Shown here piece after piece: positions 13,145-25,002 of a stretch of DNA of 64,000 nt (positions within the stretch are counted from its first letter, which is position 1; every line of letters begins with the position of its first letter). Both the position numbers and the translations under genes were made by a program. This stretch comes from Octopus sinensis (lineage: Eukaryota): NCBI RefSeq assembly GCF_006345805.1, contig NC_042998.1, forward strand, positions 65,038,001 to 65,102,000, in the 5' to 3' direction. The notes beneath the pieces were generated by a model, which did no database searches, was not told the DNA's origin, and was given only the letters and a program-made list of their open reading frames with translations.

Positions 13145-13853
13145 GACGAACGGTTTGTGTTTCTTTTATGACAGAAAACCATTTGTTATTGACTGTATTT
13201 AGTCTATTGGGTTTATTACCAAGTAACATTTCAGTTGAAGCCTCTATATTAATGTATACGAAACGCACACATACGTATGTATATATGGAGTCTTTGCCAT
13301 TGTTGATCAACTTATTCACAAACAACAAAATAGTTAGTGATAGCATGTATCTATAAATTAAGGAGAGTGAAATTTGATAATATTATTGATTCATTAGGGT
13401 ATCCTTTTTGGAGATTAATGGAGTATTTTACAACTGATGTAATTATTGTGAAAATAATTTCAAATTATATCCTTTCAGAAGACAATCTCTCGTTAACTAG
13501 GTCTTCATTTAAAAAGAATAGAATAGTTTGACGGTAACAGAGCTGGTTGGCGTGGTTGCTGATCAGGTAAACGCAAGAAAATTATAAAGAAAAACATTTA
13601 TTCATTGAAAATATGTTTTCATATTTTTACAATATAAAGCCTTTAATTAATGTAGTCGTATTTTGGACAAAACGATCAATTTCTTTCCTTGAAATAAAAT
13701 TTCGGCACTGGCGTAATAGCTATTTCTCGATTTAACTTCTTTCTGAATTCTTTAATATATAACGCTATTTATTTTAGGTGAACACCTAGAAGGGAACTAC
13801 ACGAATTATTTGTATTATCTTTATCATTAAATATAATCACTCCAATTAAATGA

Positions 13854-13923
<70 letters not shown>

Positions 13924-14287
13924 GTGTGTGTGTGTGTGGTGTGTGTGTGTGTGTGTGTGTTTGTGTGTATATGTTTGTGTGTGTGTAAAGGTGTGAAAGG
14001 CATTGGTATTCCGAAGACCCACAGTAGTTGGTAACGCTATGTAAGTGCTATGGAAGGACCGCAGGGAAACTCACCGTTCGATAATGATACGAGTGAGGAG
14101 TCTAACGCAGGTCCTGCATAATCATTTGTATGTTAAATAAAATCAGACAAAAAAGCTATGGCTGTCTAAAATTTTCAAGAATTTCCAAAACATTTCTGAT
14201 ATCCAAGAAACAGCTGTAAGCTAACTTTCTCATTCCAAAGTCGTGAATATTTCACACAGCTTCGGCTTGTTATCTCATTTTCATTAA

Positions 14288-14345
<58 letters not shown>

Positions 14346-15869
14346 ATATTCATATATATATAAACTTTGTTTAAAAAGCTGCAAAGACATCACAGAATCT
14401 GTTACTGAGAGTTTTATTTTACCGGTCATCGGACAGTTTTGGTCGAAGTAGAACGTGAAACTTTGAGTAACAGTTTTTGTGACGTCTTTGCAACTTTACT
14501 AATAAAGCATGTTACTCTACCTCCGGCATTCGAGTATTTTTCCACTTTCTTTCTCATGTATGTGCTTACTCTGGTGTGTATGTATATATACATACATATG
14601 TATGTTTGTGTGGATGTGTAACACGCCAGTTCTCTTCCAGGGAAGGTTACCCGTTTTAGAGAAAATATCCACACTTCATTGTTGTCTAAGCCGAGGAAAT
14701 ATCTTTCTGCGTCCTATATGAATAAAACACGTATGTATGTGTATTCTTTCCTTATTTTCATTAAGTAAATGGCAAGAATTCTTGGCCAGTTATTCTTTTA
14801 ATGAGGCAGCGGTGTATGAAATATATAATACCAGAATCAAAATGATGACGCATAAAACAAAATATTATTTTTAACACACTACCGATTGTTATTAGAATAA
14901 ACAGAACATCGATAGAAAACAGTAAACCGGTAAATGAATGTGTAAGAAAATTGAAAGAGATGGGTTGAAAGACAAAGAGAAAAGTAGAAAACAAAAACAA
15001 CTGACAAGAAAAAACATATTTCAAAGTCTACACCTCGATATTTTGACAGAATAAAACAACAATATATACATGCAATAACTTATAATTGAAGATAAAAGAG
15101 ATATTGATTTATTTTATTATTGAAGATAAAAGAAATATTCAGAACAATGAATACCAGGGTTGAAGAAGAGGTCGTTGTATGAAGCCCAAGAACTTGAACT
15201 TTGATACCAGGCTTAATGATTCAACAGACAGAGAACGACACGAAGATAATTTGTTTGTCTTTAACATTAAATTATTTTTAACGTGAACCTATTGCTTTAG
15301 AAGATATAAATAAAAATGAAAATAGTAAAAGGTGAAACTAGCTTACATAAATGGAGAAAATAAGTCATACTATAGCAAGAGTATATCATATTAAGTTTCC
15401 TATCTATTATATTAGGCTTGTTTTTTTATTTCAATATAATGTCATTTAACTACTTTAACACACAGGTAATATGACGGTATGTAAGTGAGTTAACCATCGG
15501 GGATATAAGCAAGGTAATACTATACAAGAGATGAGGACATTTCATAAGTACATACAGACACAGATTTACAGACATAGATAGAGACACACATACGTGCACG
15601 CGCACACACACGTATATACAAGGTTGGTCAAAAGTCGCCTGCTAGTAAATCAAAACAATTTTATGTCAAGATTTATTTATGTTTAACAACTGAATTTATT
15701 TAATAAAAGCATCTAAATATGAAAATATTTCAAACTGATGTCCTTCAACGAAACTTTTTTCCATTGGAGTCAATAAGAATTCCAGATGATGTTTATAGAA
15801 TTTTGATTTACTGTCGGTTGACTTTTGGTCATCCATGGATATATATAATATATATATATATATATGTAT

Positions 15870-16035
15870 ATATATTTAAATCCAAACTGGACATCTTCCT
15901 GTCGAGAGACCCAGATAAACCTATTATTTGCACCGCAAGAGGTGCAAATGAGGATAGCTATATCATTCTCCATTCTTCTCAGTAATAACAGTGCAGCAAC
16001 ACTGCGGTGTATCAGCATGGCTACAGCTCTGAGCT
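15870..16035 (+). mobile_element. CR1-like LINE 3' end
   Basis: FKSKLDIFLSRDPDKP, and a 3' UTR (AATAACAGTG.AGCA...CAGCTCTGAGCTG) shared with 23200-23396. Confidence 0.8.
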
Positions 16036-16909
16036 GAGATTACAGTAACAAAAGTACATTTCATATATATATATAAAATATGAATTAGAGATAAAACCAC
16101 TATTATGCAACTCAAACAGTGATGAACATAAACCAATACATAAATAACAAATAATATAAATATAATTAATATAATATATAATAAATATATATATATTGTT
16201 TTCGTTTTTCAAAAGGTATAAAAATATTGATAAATATAAGGAAGTAGTTAAAAACACTACGTACGTTTCATGGCTATAATTATATTCGAATTACAATTAA
16301 GTTCAAATTCAATTAAAATAAAATGTAAAGACGGACACTATGCTTGGCGGCCTGCTAATGATTCCGCCAGCTCGTTGCCATATTTAGTCGAAAGAATATT
16401 GTATGATACGTTACTTACGCTAATTATCTTAGTGCTCTAACACATACGTCATTTTGTCTAAATTTACATTTCCCTGACTTACATATGCCAAAAAGTTCCA
16501 TGTAACAAAACGTCTTGTTTGGATTGAAATAAAATATTCTCAGACACTGTGGAATACTTATTTACGAATTGCTAGAGTCATTTATGCTCAGCATACTTAG
16601 TTTTAATTAAAAATGCTTCACCAATCCCCAATTCTTTCCTCTATAGCCTCGGTTAGAAGCTACTAAATATTCAATCATTCTTATTTTTATCCTTCTTATT
16701 TTTATCCTTCTTACTTTTGTACCTACCATACCCCATTGTGCCCTATGTCTATGCTGGGATGGAATAGCAAATCGAGTCGCAAAAATGGTTGTGCTAGATT
16801 TGAGAATAGTATATTAGATTTTTTGTATTCAATACTATTTCTGAATGGACAAACTAAGTTTTAGTTGAAGAAAGGAAAGATTTATAAAACAAACTAGGAA
16901 CTGTTATAG

Positions 16910-17065
16910 CTTTGAGGTTAAGAAGCTTGTTTTGCAGCTACGTAGTTGTCTATTCAATCCCACTGCGTAATGTTGGACAAGCGTCTACGTGTATAACCAA
17001 GAGAGGAACACATCATTGCAAGAGGAATTGGTATAAAATAGCTGTGTGGGAGTCTGTCGTATATG
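16910..17065 (+). mobile_element. Degenerate SINE
   Basis: GGTTAAGAAGCTTGTTTT...CAATCCCACTGCGT...GTCTGTCGTATAT; its head resembles the SINE at 33367. Confidence 0.45.
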
Positions 17066-17072
17066 ATGAGAG

Positions 17073-17132
<60 letters not shown>

Positions 17133-17633
17133 ATATATATATTTAATGAGAAGTCAAAATAGCCTCAATGCTGGGTAATAATATCCAATGAATTACTGGT
17201 TTATATCGTTGCATTTTTTGGTAAATAATAAAATTCATAATATAATAAGTCTAGAAATAAATCTTGGTTTATAAATATTCAACAGAAAATTTTAAAAATG
17301 GAGATGTAGCACTAATACCATTTATTAACTGGCAAAATCCAACATATTATCTCTCTCGGGCGTTTCAATTTAACCTAAAGATTAAATTACAATAATTAAA
17401 TCATTGTGTTAGGCAAAATTTCATCAGAGGTTCAGAAAAGATATACCGTTAGGTTATTTGGGGTTGTGTTTTCAAATAACCTCAACAAAAATTGAATATG
17501 TCGGATTTTGCAGTTAATAAATTATATTAATGCTACCTCTCCTTTTTCTAAATTTTCTCTCTCACTTCCTTTCCTTCTCTGTGTGCGTATATATATATAT
17601 ATATATATATATGGCTGTATATATATATATATG

Positions 17634-17685
<52 letters not shown>

Positions 17686-17858
17686 GTGAAATAGAAAGAT
17701 GAATAATCTTGTAGTAGATTAATCAAAAGTTTAACCGATACCTTAGTAGCAAAAATCACAGCAGTGAATTTGTGCCTTTCGAAACACGTGTAGAATGAAA
17801 TAAAACGATTTCTGTTCAATCTGCGTTCAGCTCCATTTCTTCAATTCACCAATAATGT

Positions 17859-17907
<49 letters not shown>

Positions 17908-17922
17908 AACACACACACACAC

Positions 17923-18284
17923 ATTACTGTGTTTCGCTTCTTTCTTTCCCCGATGAGAATATTGTATTGTTTTATACCATTTTATACCTTCTGGAATAAC
18001 ACCAATGCTTTCTTAGAAACATATGTCGGAATTAAAAAGATCTGAATAACACACGCGCTTAACTCCATTTGTTCATTTATCTACAAATATACACACATGC
18101 GTGTGTGTGTGTATGTATATATGTTGATAAATGAACAAATGGAGTTAAGCGCGTGTGTTATTCATATCGTTTTAATTCCGACATATGTTTCTAAGAAAGC
18201 ATTGGTGTCATTCCAGAAGGTATAAAATGGTATAAAACAATACAATATTCTAATCGGGAAAAGAAAGAAGCGAAACACAGTAAT
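17923..18284. repeat. Long inverted repeat: 159-bp arms (17923-18081 / 18126-18284), 5 mismatches, CA/TG microsatellite spacer
   Basis: Arms aligned by eye, e.g. GTTCATTTATC / GATAAATGAAC and ATTACTGTGTTTCGCTTC / GAAGCGAAACACAGTAAT. Confidence 0.95.
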
Positions 18285-19292
18285 AAGACATTCTTACATA
18301 ATGTAATGTCTTTGTATATGATGAAGGAAACGTTAGTATGTTTTTTTAAATACCCGTTAGTAGCTGCAACGTCAATCTATAGAAAGAGACGGAGGAGAAA
18401 GAAAGAAATTATCAGAAAACTAATAGTTGAGAGATATAGAGCGATCGGTGAATTAGAATAAAGCCTAGAGGCACAGAAGTAGATATATCTAGTGGAGGTG
18501 AAATGTAAGAAGTCCTTCTAGATTATCTACTAAAATCGATATCTTCAACGATAAAGCTGAATTTTATACCTCTGTCTTACTTAAAGCAGGCTATTAACAA
18601 AACATTACCTATATTAACCATGTTGACATTAATTCTAACTCTATAAATCAGGACATGAAATCAAGTCATAACGATATTAATTTTATTTCGAATAACAACA
18701 AATCCAGTAATGTAATTCTACAGCGTAAGGGAGATAACCGTTATTATAACTCTTTTTTCATTATTAAGGTGCATTGCGTTCTTTTAGAGCTAATTACACC
18801 AATAACAGCAAAAAAGATTGGTTAATAATTCTGTATTGTAAGCAGATCAAATCCAACCCGTCTTACCCGTTATGGTATTATGAATTGTTTAAATTCTCTT
18901 TGGATAGAGTTTAATCATCTACATGAAACGACTATGATCATTTGAAATATGGATAAAATATGTGATAAATACTAGTAAACTGCGTCTTATGTATATTATA
19001 GATATTTTCTTCTATTTATTGAAATGATATGACTACACGGTTTCGTCAAAATTTCTAATTTAACATGATAACGAGTAGTGTCTCTCTGTTCTCGGTTAAC
19101 TTGCAAGTATCCCTATAAGATATAAAAGCTAATCCTATTACATTAGTGTATAAATCAATATCAGGCAATGCAATAAGGGTATCACCATGCAAAGAAAATA
19201 TACCAATAGTCAATAGCTTTGATCCTGGTCGAATAACGCTTTATTTCCAGGCAGCTGTACGTATTTCAATAAGTTAAGACTTATGATAATAA

Positions 19293-19351
<59 letters not shown>

Positions 19352-20590
19352 AATATAGGGAGTTTATGAGAGGTAATGGTGTCAGTAATACCCAAAGGTG
19401 TCGGGTAATACCAAATGCTATGGACAAACCATAGTTAAGCTCAAGTTTCGGTGATTATGCGAATAAGGAGTTCAACATAGGTCATATATGAACATGTGTA
19501 TATATAAGAATTTTGTTTCAGAATGAGAAAATAAAAAACAAGACTCTGAAGATTTTAGAACATTTATATATAGAAGGTCTTGCAGATGTCTGCAGGAAAT
19601 TTAATATATCCCTTCATCGGAGACGGTGTGAGAAAATGGTTAAGCAATGGTTAATTTGGATAAGATACGAAGTAGAGAGTGCTCCCCATTCCTACTTACA
19701 AATTATCTTGGCTGACCACTAACTGGTACACTTTTCTTATCTATCTTCTTGTTTTTCTTTCTTCTTTTTTTCTGTCTTTACTTCATTCCTCTCTTTCTGT
19801 TTATCTTTTTTTCTTTCTTTTCTTCTTTTTTTTCCTTTTTTCGTCTTTTTTTTTCTTCATTTTCTTCTCTTTTTTTCTTTTTTCGTTATTCCTCTTTTCC
19901 TATTTTCGATTCGACCTTACAAATACATTCCCTAATTTTAGGTCACTTTAAATAGCACATTCAATAGCACTGTGTATAAACTCTATTCTTGGAATGACCA
20001 ATTTTATATATTGGCTATTTATACATGCTAGGCCCCTGGTGGTGATATTTATAACGAATATTCGCTACCATATGTATGTATCTTATGAATATGTTCTTAT
20101 CATTCTCGATGACTTAGCTCGGCATTATATTTATTGCCGAGTGCAAATACGCCTGCTCGCGGAATTTTGAAAAATTATAACAAATAATGACGGCACATGT
20201 GTAATCTGTCTCTGAATTAGAAGTTAGTTATTGAGGCTGGTTGCTGACGAGAATACGCCTGGCGGATAATATTGTTTTGATAAATTACCTATTAACAGAT
20301 GGCAAATAATCTTATTTGTAAAGAAATTCGAAACCATGGTATAACCGCTAATAAAAATAACAAGGTAAATGTTGTCATTTACTTTGAAAATTGATAGTAA
20401 ATCATGGTTTTGGCCGCGTTGGCTGCTATTTCTAGCATGTAAAAATACCTGTTAAAGAGTAGTTTTCTTTTGTGTTTGAATGTACTCTATTTAAAAATAT
20501 GAATATCTTGCCTATTGACTATTTATACATGCTAGGCCACTAGTTGTGATATTTATTTCGAATATTCGCTACCCTATAAATGTATCTTAT

Positions 20591-20647
<57 letters not shown>

Positions 20648-20693
20648 AATATATATATATATACATATATATATAATATATACAGATATATAG

Positions 20694-20777
<84 letters not shown>

Positions 20778-20865
20778 TAAGGGCTCCTAAATTAAGATGC
20801 CGAGTGCTGGGAACACAAAAAGGGGATGAATTTATCGAGAGTGAAAATCAAAAACGTTTACCGAT

Positions 20866-20957
20866 AACTTTAACTCGAACCGCGGTTTCCGCTTCTTTCT
20901 AGCAAAACACAAAATATGTTTGCTAAGGCTAGCTTCATCAGCGAGTCGCCTAAATTT
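20866..20957 (-). ncRNA. Type I hammerhead ribozyme motif with intact core, extended stem II and palindromic stem III
   Basis: Minus strand: ACTCG-CTGATGA-A-GCT..TAGCAAACATA-TTT-TGTG-T-TTTGCTA..AGC-G-GAAA-CCGCGG-TT-CGAGT. Stem I has 5 bp, a bulge, then TTTA/TAAA. Predicted cleavage after GUU, between 20878 and 20877. Confidence 0.7.
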
Positions 20958-21212
20958 AATCGAGGTCTGCAGCGATGTGGGACCATGTGTTGATCTCGAA
21001 CTACTAGCAGATCTTAACTTTTCAAATCTCTGCGCAGACGCAAAACTTACACGGCAGTATAGGGCATGCGGGGAAGAATTTTACGAATAAATCCATCATG
21101 TAATATGCGAATATAATAATATTTTTCTATATGAATAATATTTTTGTCTTATGACTAATTCGTCTTTTGTGCTGGGCACCTGGTAGTAAATAATATTACT
21201 ACCCTTCTTGTT

Positions 21213-21331
<119 letters not shown>

Positions 21332-21649
21332 GAAATACAACAAGAGGCTTCCAAATAAGAAAGTCATGTGCTAGAAAAAGCAGTAGAAAACTCAAATAAC
21401 CAATTAAGGATAAATTTTCGAAAGGAATGAAAATTATAAACGTTTACCATCTCAATTATTTCCCGGACATTATTTCTAACAATTTCCCGCAAAAAAGATA
21501 TTCGCTGAAAGCCAGACTTCATCAGTGGGAAACCTTTGGATTTCAATTAACATACATCCAGATACACATGTAAAACTAACTGCCTGTATATCCTAACTTT
21601 TCAGACTACTGCGCAGACGCAGCTTATACCCGGCGACATATATATATAT

Positions 21650-21733
<84 letters not shown>

Positions 21734-21827
21734 ATATGTATAAGGGTGAAAAGGAACACACGAGTTGATATATATGAAAAAACAAGTCAAAATAGAAAAT
21801 GCTAAAATAATTTTATAAAGAACATTT

Positions 21828-21865
21828 CAGTACCGGTTTCGGTCATTTTGAGACCTTTTTAACTG
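21828..21865 (-). ncRNA. Minimal hammerhead motif, probably inactive (G5A)
   Basis: CAG-TTAAAAA-GGTC-tcaaaat-GACC-GAAA-CCGG-TA-CTG; within this span it differs from the 49480 copy only at core position 5. Confidence 0.6.
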
Positions 21866-22217
21866 TAACGAATAAATAATTAAATTCAGAAAAATTAAAA
21901 GAAAAGTTTTTTTAAGGGAATATTTGCGTAGTGTTCAAATATAAGTAGCATTCTGCCTTTCTCTGTCTCCCTTGTTTGCACTTGTGTGTTCGAGGCCGTT
22001 GTGAATTCTTGGTAGGGTAGAAGAAGAAGAAGGTTGATGAGGAGAGGGGGTGCAAAAATTTGGGAGTGCCTTGATGGTCGTATTTTGAATGGTCAGTGAC
22101 GGCTAGCAGTTGCAGTTCAATTCAGGAGAATATTTCTATTGAAAGGTTTGTTTATGGAATTTGCGTAGGTGTTATACTAAAAAGCATTAGTGATAAAGTT
22201 AAGAGGTAGAAGGTGGA

Positions 22218-22410
22218 CCAGAAGAAGAAGAAGAAGAAGAAGAAGAAGATGAAGAAGAAGAAGAAGATGACGATGTTGTTGATGATGCTGATGATGATGA
22301 AGAAGAAGAAGAAGAAGAAGGAGAGGGAGAAGAAGAAGATGATGATGATGGTGATGATGATGACGACGATGATGATGATAATGATGATGATGAAGAAGAA
22401 AAAAGAGAAG
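22218..22410. repeat. Compound (GAA)n/(GAT)n microsatellite inside the PLE 3' UTR
   Basis: Direct reading; produces the spurious poly-K/M and poly-H/L ORFs. Confidence 0.95.
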
Positions 22411-22832
22411 GAAGAATATGAATGGGTGAAAGTAGTGAGGTGTTGTATGACTTGAAGTTGGCACGTTATGGATTATAGCTGTGATTGGCGCTGATTTGTA
22501 ATGGATTCTTTGGAATGTAATATTTGTGTGTGTATTTCTGTTATTCTAAAGTTGAGGTATATTAATCGTTTGTCGTAGACCCGTTAAGAAGTGGCCTGTA
22601 TTTTGTAATAAAGAGAGTTTCTTTACTTATTTGTTGTCTCGAGGTTGTATCGTCCCTAAATTGGTAGAGGGGGAAAATCCTGAAGCCTGGTGTTTTGTTG
22701 TTGGCGCAAGTATCTATGTGTTGGCTGAAAGGTATTTTTCTGTTTTGGGGAATTTATATCTGGGATCTGTGCATGCATATCTATAGAAATGCATCTATAC
22801 ATATAAATGTGTACATATACAGCTATATATAT

Positions 22833-22913
<81 letters not shown>

Positions 22914-22928
22914 ATAATATATATATAT

Positions 22929-23396
22929 ACTGGGAAAGGTTGAAACAGCTAAGACTCTAATCCCTGGAGAGAAGACGGGAGAGGTATGCAGTAATATATG
23001 TATGGAGATCCTTGAAGGAATTGTGCCAAATTTTGGCATTGTAAGCTACATCAATGCTTGAACGGGACGACACTGCATAGTGCCAGATCCCAGCAACGCC
23101 ATCACGCTTCAGGACCAGCTTCTGCAACAGCCTGGTTTCGAGGGCCCACAGCTTTTTAATATTCTCCAAAGAGTCTGAGGAACTTGCACAAAGTAGATGT
23201 AGCGGTTTTTAAATCAAAGCTGGACATCTTCCTGTCGAGAGTCCCAGATGAACCTACCTCACGGCAAGAGGTGCAAATGAGAGTAGCTATATCAAACTCC
23301 ATTCTTCACCAAGTGTCACATATTAGAGGAGGTTCTTGGTAATAACAGTGTAGCAGAAAACGGCGGTGCAAGAGCGTGGCCGCAGCTCTGAGCTGG
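22929..23396 (+). mobile_element. CR1-like LINE 3' end
   Basis: WERLKQLRL.SLERRRERYAVIYVWR..., GPQLFNIL, FKSKLDIFLSRVPDEP, with frameshifts, then a short 3' UTR. Confidence 0.85.
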
Positions 23397-23508
23397 ATCC
23401 GAAATAGGTTTGTATTTATTCCATTTTAATTTTAATGAGTTCGTGCCCGCCGACGCCTGCAGCGAAATTCATTTTTGGACTTTCTTCTATCGAAGGCATT
23501 CTAACAAA
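23397..23508. repeat. 112-bp direct repeat, copy 1 (copy 2 at 25586-25697, 1 mismatch)
   Basis: ATCCGAAATAGGTTTG...GAAGGCATTCTAACAAA in both copies; they differ only at CGACGCCTGC vs CGACGGCTGC. Confidence 0.95.
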
Positions 23509-23659
23509 TGGCGAAAGCAGGCGTCTAAACAGCAAACAGGTATATTAGCTTAACGCTCCGGACTTAGGAAAATTTACATAGGGAGTACTACTCATTTTAA
23601 AAATAGATATAGGGGACACAATAATTTATTTATTCACCCCTATATAAAAAATTCCAAGA

Positions 23660-23935
23660 TATTTGCATCATACATTAACTGCAGTATATAGTACAAAATT
23701 TATTGCCAATTCTTCAACTGATAATGACGGATTTTCTTCAAGTAATGCCTCAAGGAGCTTATCATCAAACTCAACTGGACGTCTTGTTCGATATTCATCT
23801 CCTGCAAGTTCTTTCATTCAAACACTTTCCCATACTCTGAGTGCATGTTTCGAGTCACTTCGGCTGCAGAGTTAACTTTATTGTACTCATAAAGAATTAT
23901 ATGTGCCTTAAATGCTCTTTGAGTACTTCCATGCT
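23660..23935 (-). mobile_element. Mariner transposase N-terminal (HTH) fragment
   Basis: Minus strand MEVLKEHLRHIILYEYNKVNSAAEVTRNMHSEYG....RPVEFDDKLLEALLEENPSLSVEELA. Confidence 0.75.
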
Positions 23936-23960
23936 GAAAAAGTTTTAATCAAAGCAATTT

Positions 23961-24935
23961 TAGGGTGTCCACGAAGTCTGGGTGCATGGAATAAAATCAT
24001 AACATAAACAAATAAATATAAGAAATAATAATTTTCCTTTTTTTACTTTTGTTTAAATTAAATAAAAAAATACTTTACTTTTCTAAATTTATTTGTTATT
24101 TTTTCTACAGATGATCGAATGATGGCTCTGTCTAAAGAAGAAAGAATGGCAGATCGAATGATGGGTCTGTCTAGAGAAGAAAGAATCGAGTTAGTATTAT
24201 TAAGTGGACGAGAGGGATGGTCTTATCGCAAAATTGCGGAAGAATTTAATATTCGACACCCTTATAGGCAACCTATTTATTTTACTGCCGTCGGGAAATT
24301 GATCAAGAAATTTAAAGAAACAGGCAGTGTTTTGGATAAACCCCATTCCGGGCGACCAAAGAATTCAGATGAAACGAAAGAGGCTGTCATGGCTAAAGTT
24401 TCTGCTAGCCAAAAGAAATCACTTCGTCGGACATCCACGGTGTTAGGTGTTCAAAAACCAACCGTCCACCAAATGCTGGTTGAGGAAAAGCTTCATCGAT
24501 ACAACCTACAGATATTGCATCACTTCAAGACGATCCTGACAGGCGAATGTAGACGTGCGAATGGTTTGCAAATAAATTGGATGAAAATATCAATTTTACG
24601 AAAAACTTTGTGTTGTTCAGTGACAAAGTTACGTTTTATGTAAATGGTGAGGTCAACAGACATAATCTTCTATACTGGTCTCGAGGTAATCCACATTGGA
24701 TGGATCCATCCAAAAAGCAAGGCGGCAAAAAGGTGATGGTGTGGTGTGGTCGTGGAAAGCTCATGTTCTAGGACCCTTCTTCATTGAACATGTAACAGAA
24801 GAGACTTATGTAAACATATTGAGAGACAAATTAATATCTCAAATTGAGCACCTAGGCGGGGGCCTTCCGAATTGGTTTCAGCAGAATGAGGACCCTACCC
24901 ATTTTGCCACAACTGTTAGAGAGACTGTGGGCCGG
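23961..24935 (+). mobile_element. Tc1/mariner (maT/DD37D-like) transposon, frameshifted and 3'-truncated
   Basis: Probable left TIR AGGGTGTCCACGAAGTCTGG. ORFs 24119-24643, 24577-24771 and 24696-: KFKETGSVLDKPHSGRP, LFSDKVTFYVNGEVNRHN, KVMVWCG, VLGPFF, WFQQNEDPTHF. The third catalytic motif and right TIR are absent. Confidence 0.85.
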
Positions 24936-25002
24936 AGGCTGTGGACAGTCGCCCCAATGTGCGACAGACATACACACACATTCTCAGTTTTATATATATA
25001 TA

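Larger units (their letters stand above)
21770..22790 (-). mobile_element. Penelope-like element 3' fragment (GIY-YIG C-terminus, 3' UTR and pseudo-LTR with hammerhead motif)
   Basis: Minus strand KIPFSQHIDTCANNKTPGFRIFPLYQFRDDTTSRQQISKETLFITKYRPLLN*. 21770-21995 is repeated at 49425-49650. Hammerhead-like motif at 21828-21865. Confidence 0.8.
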
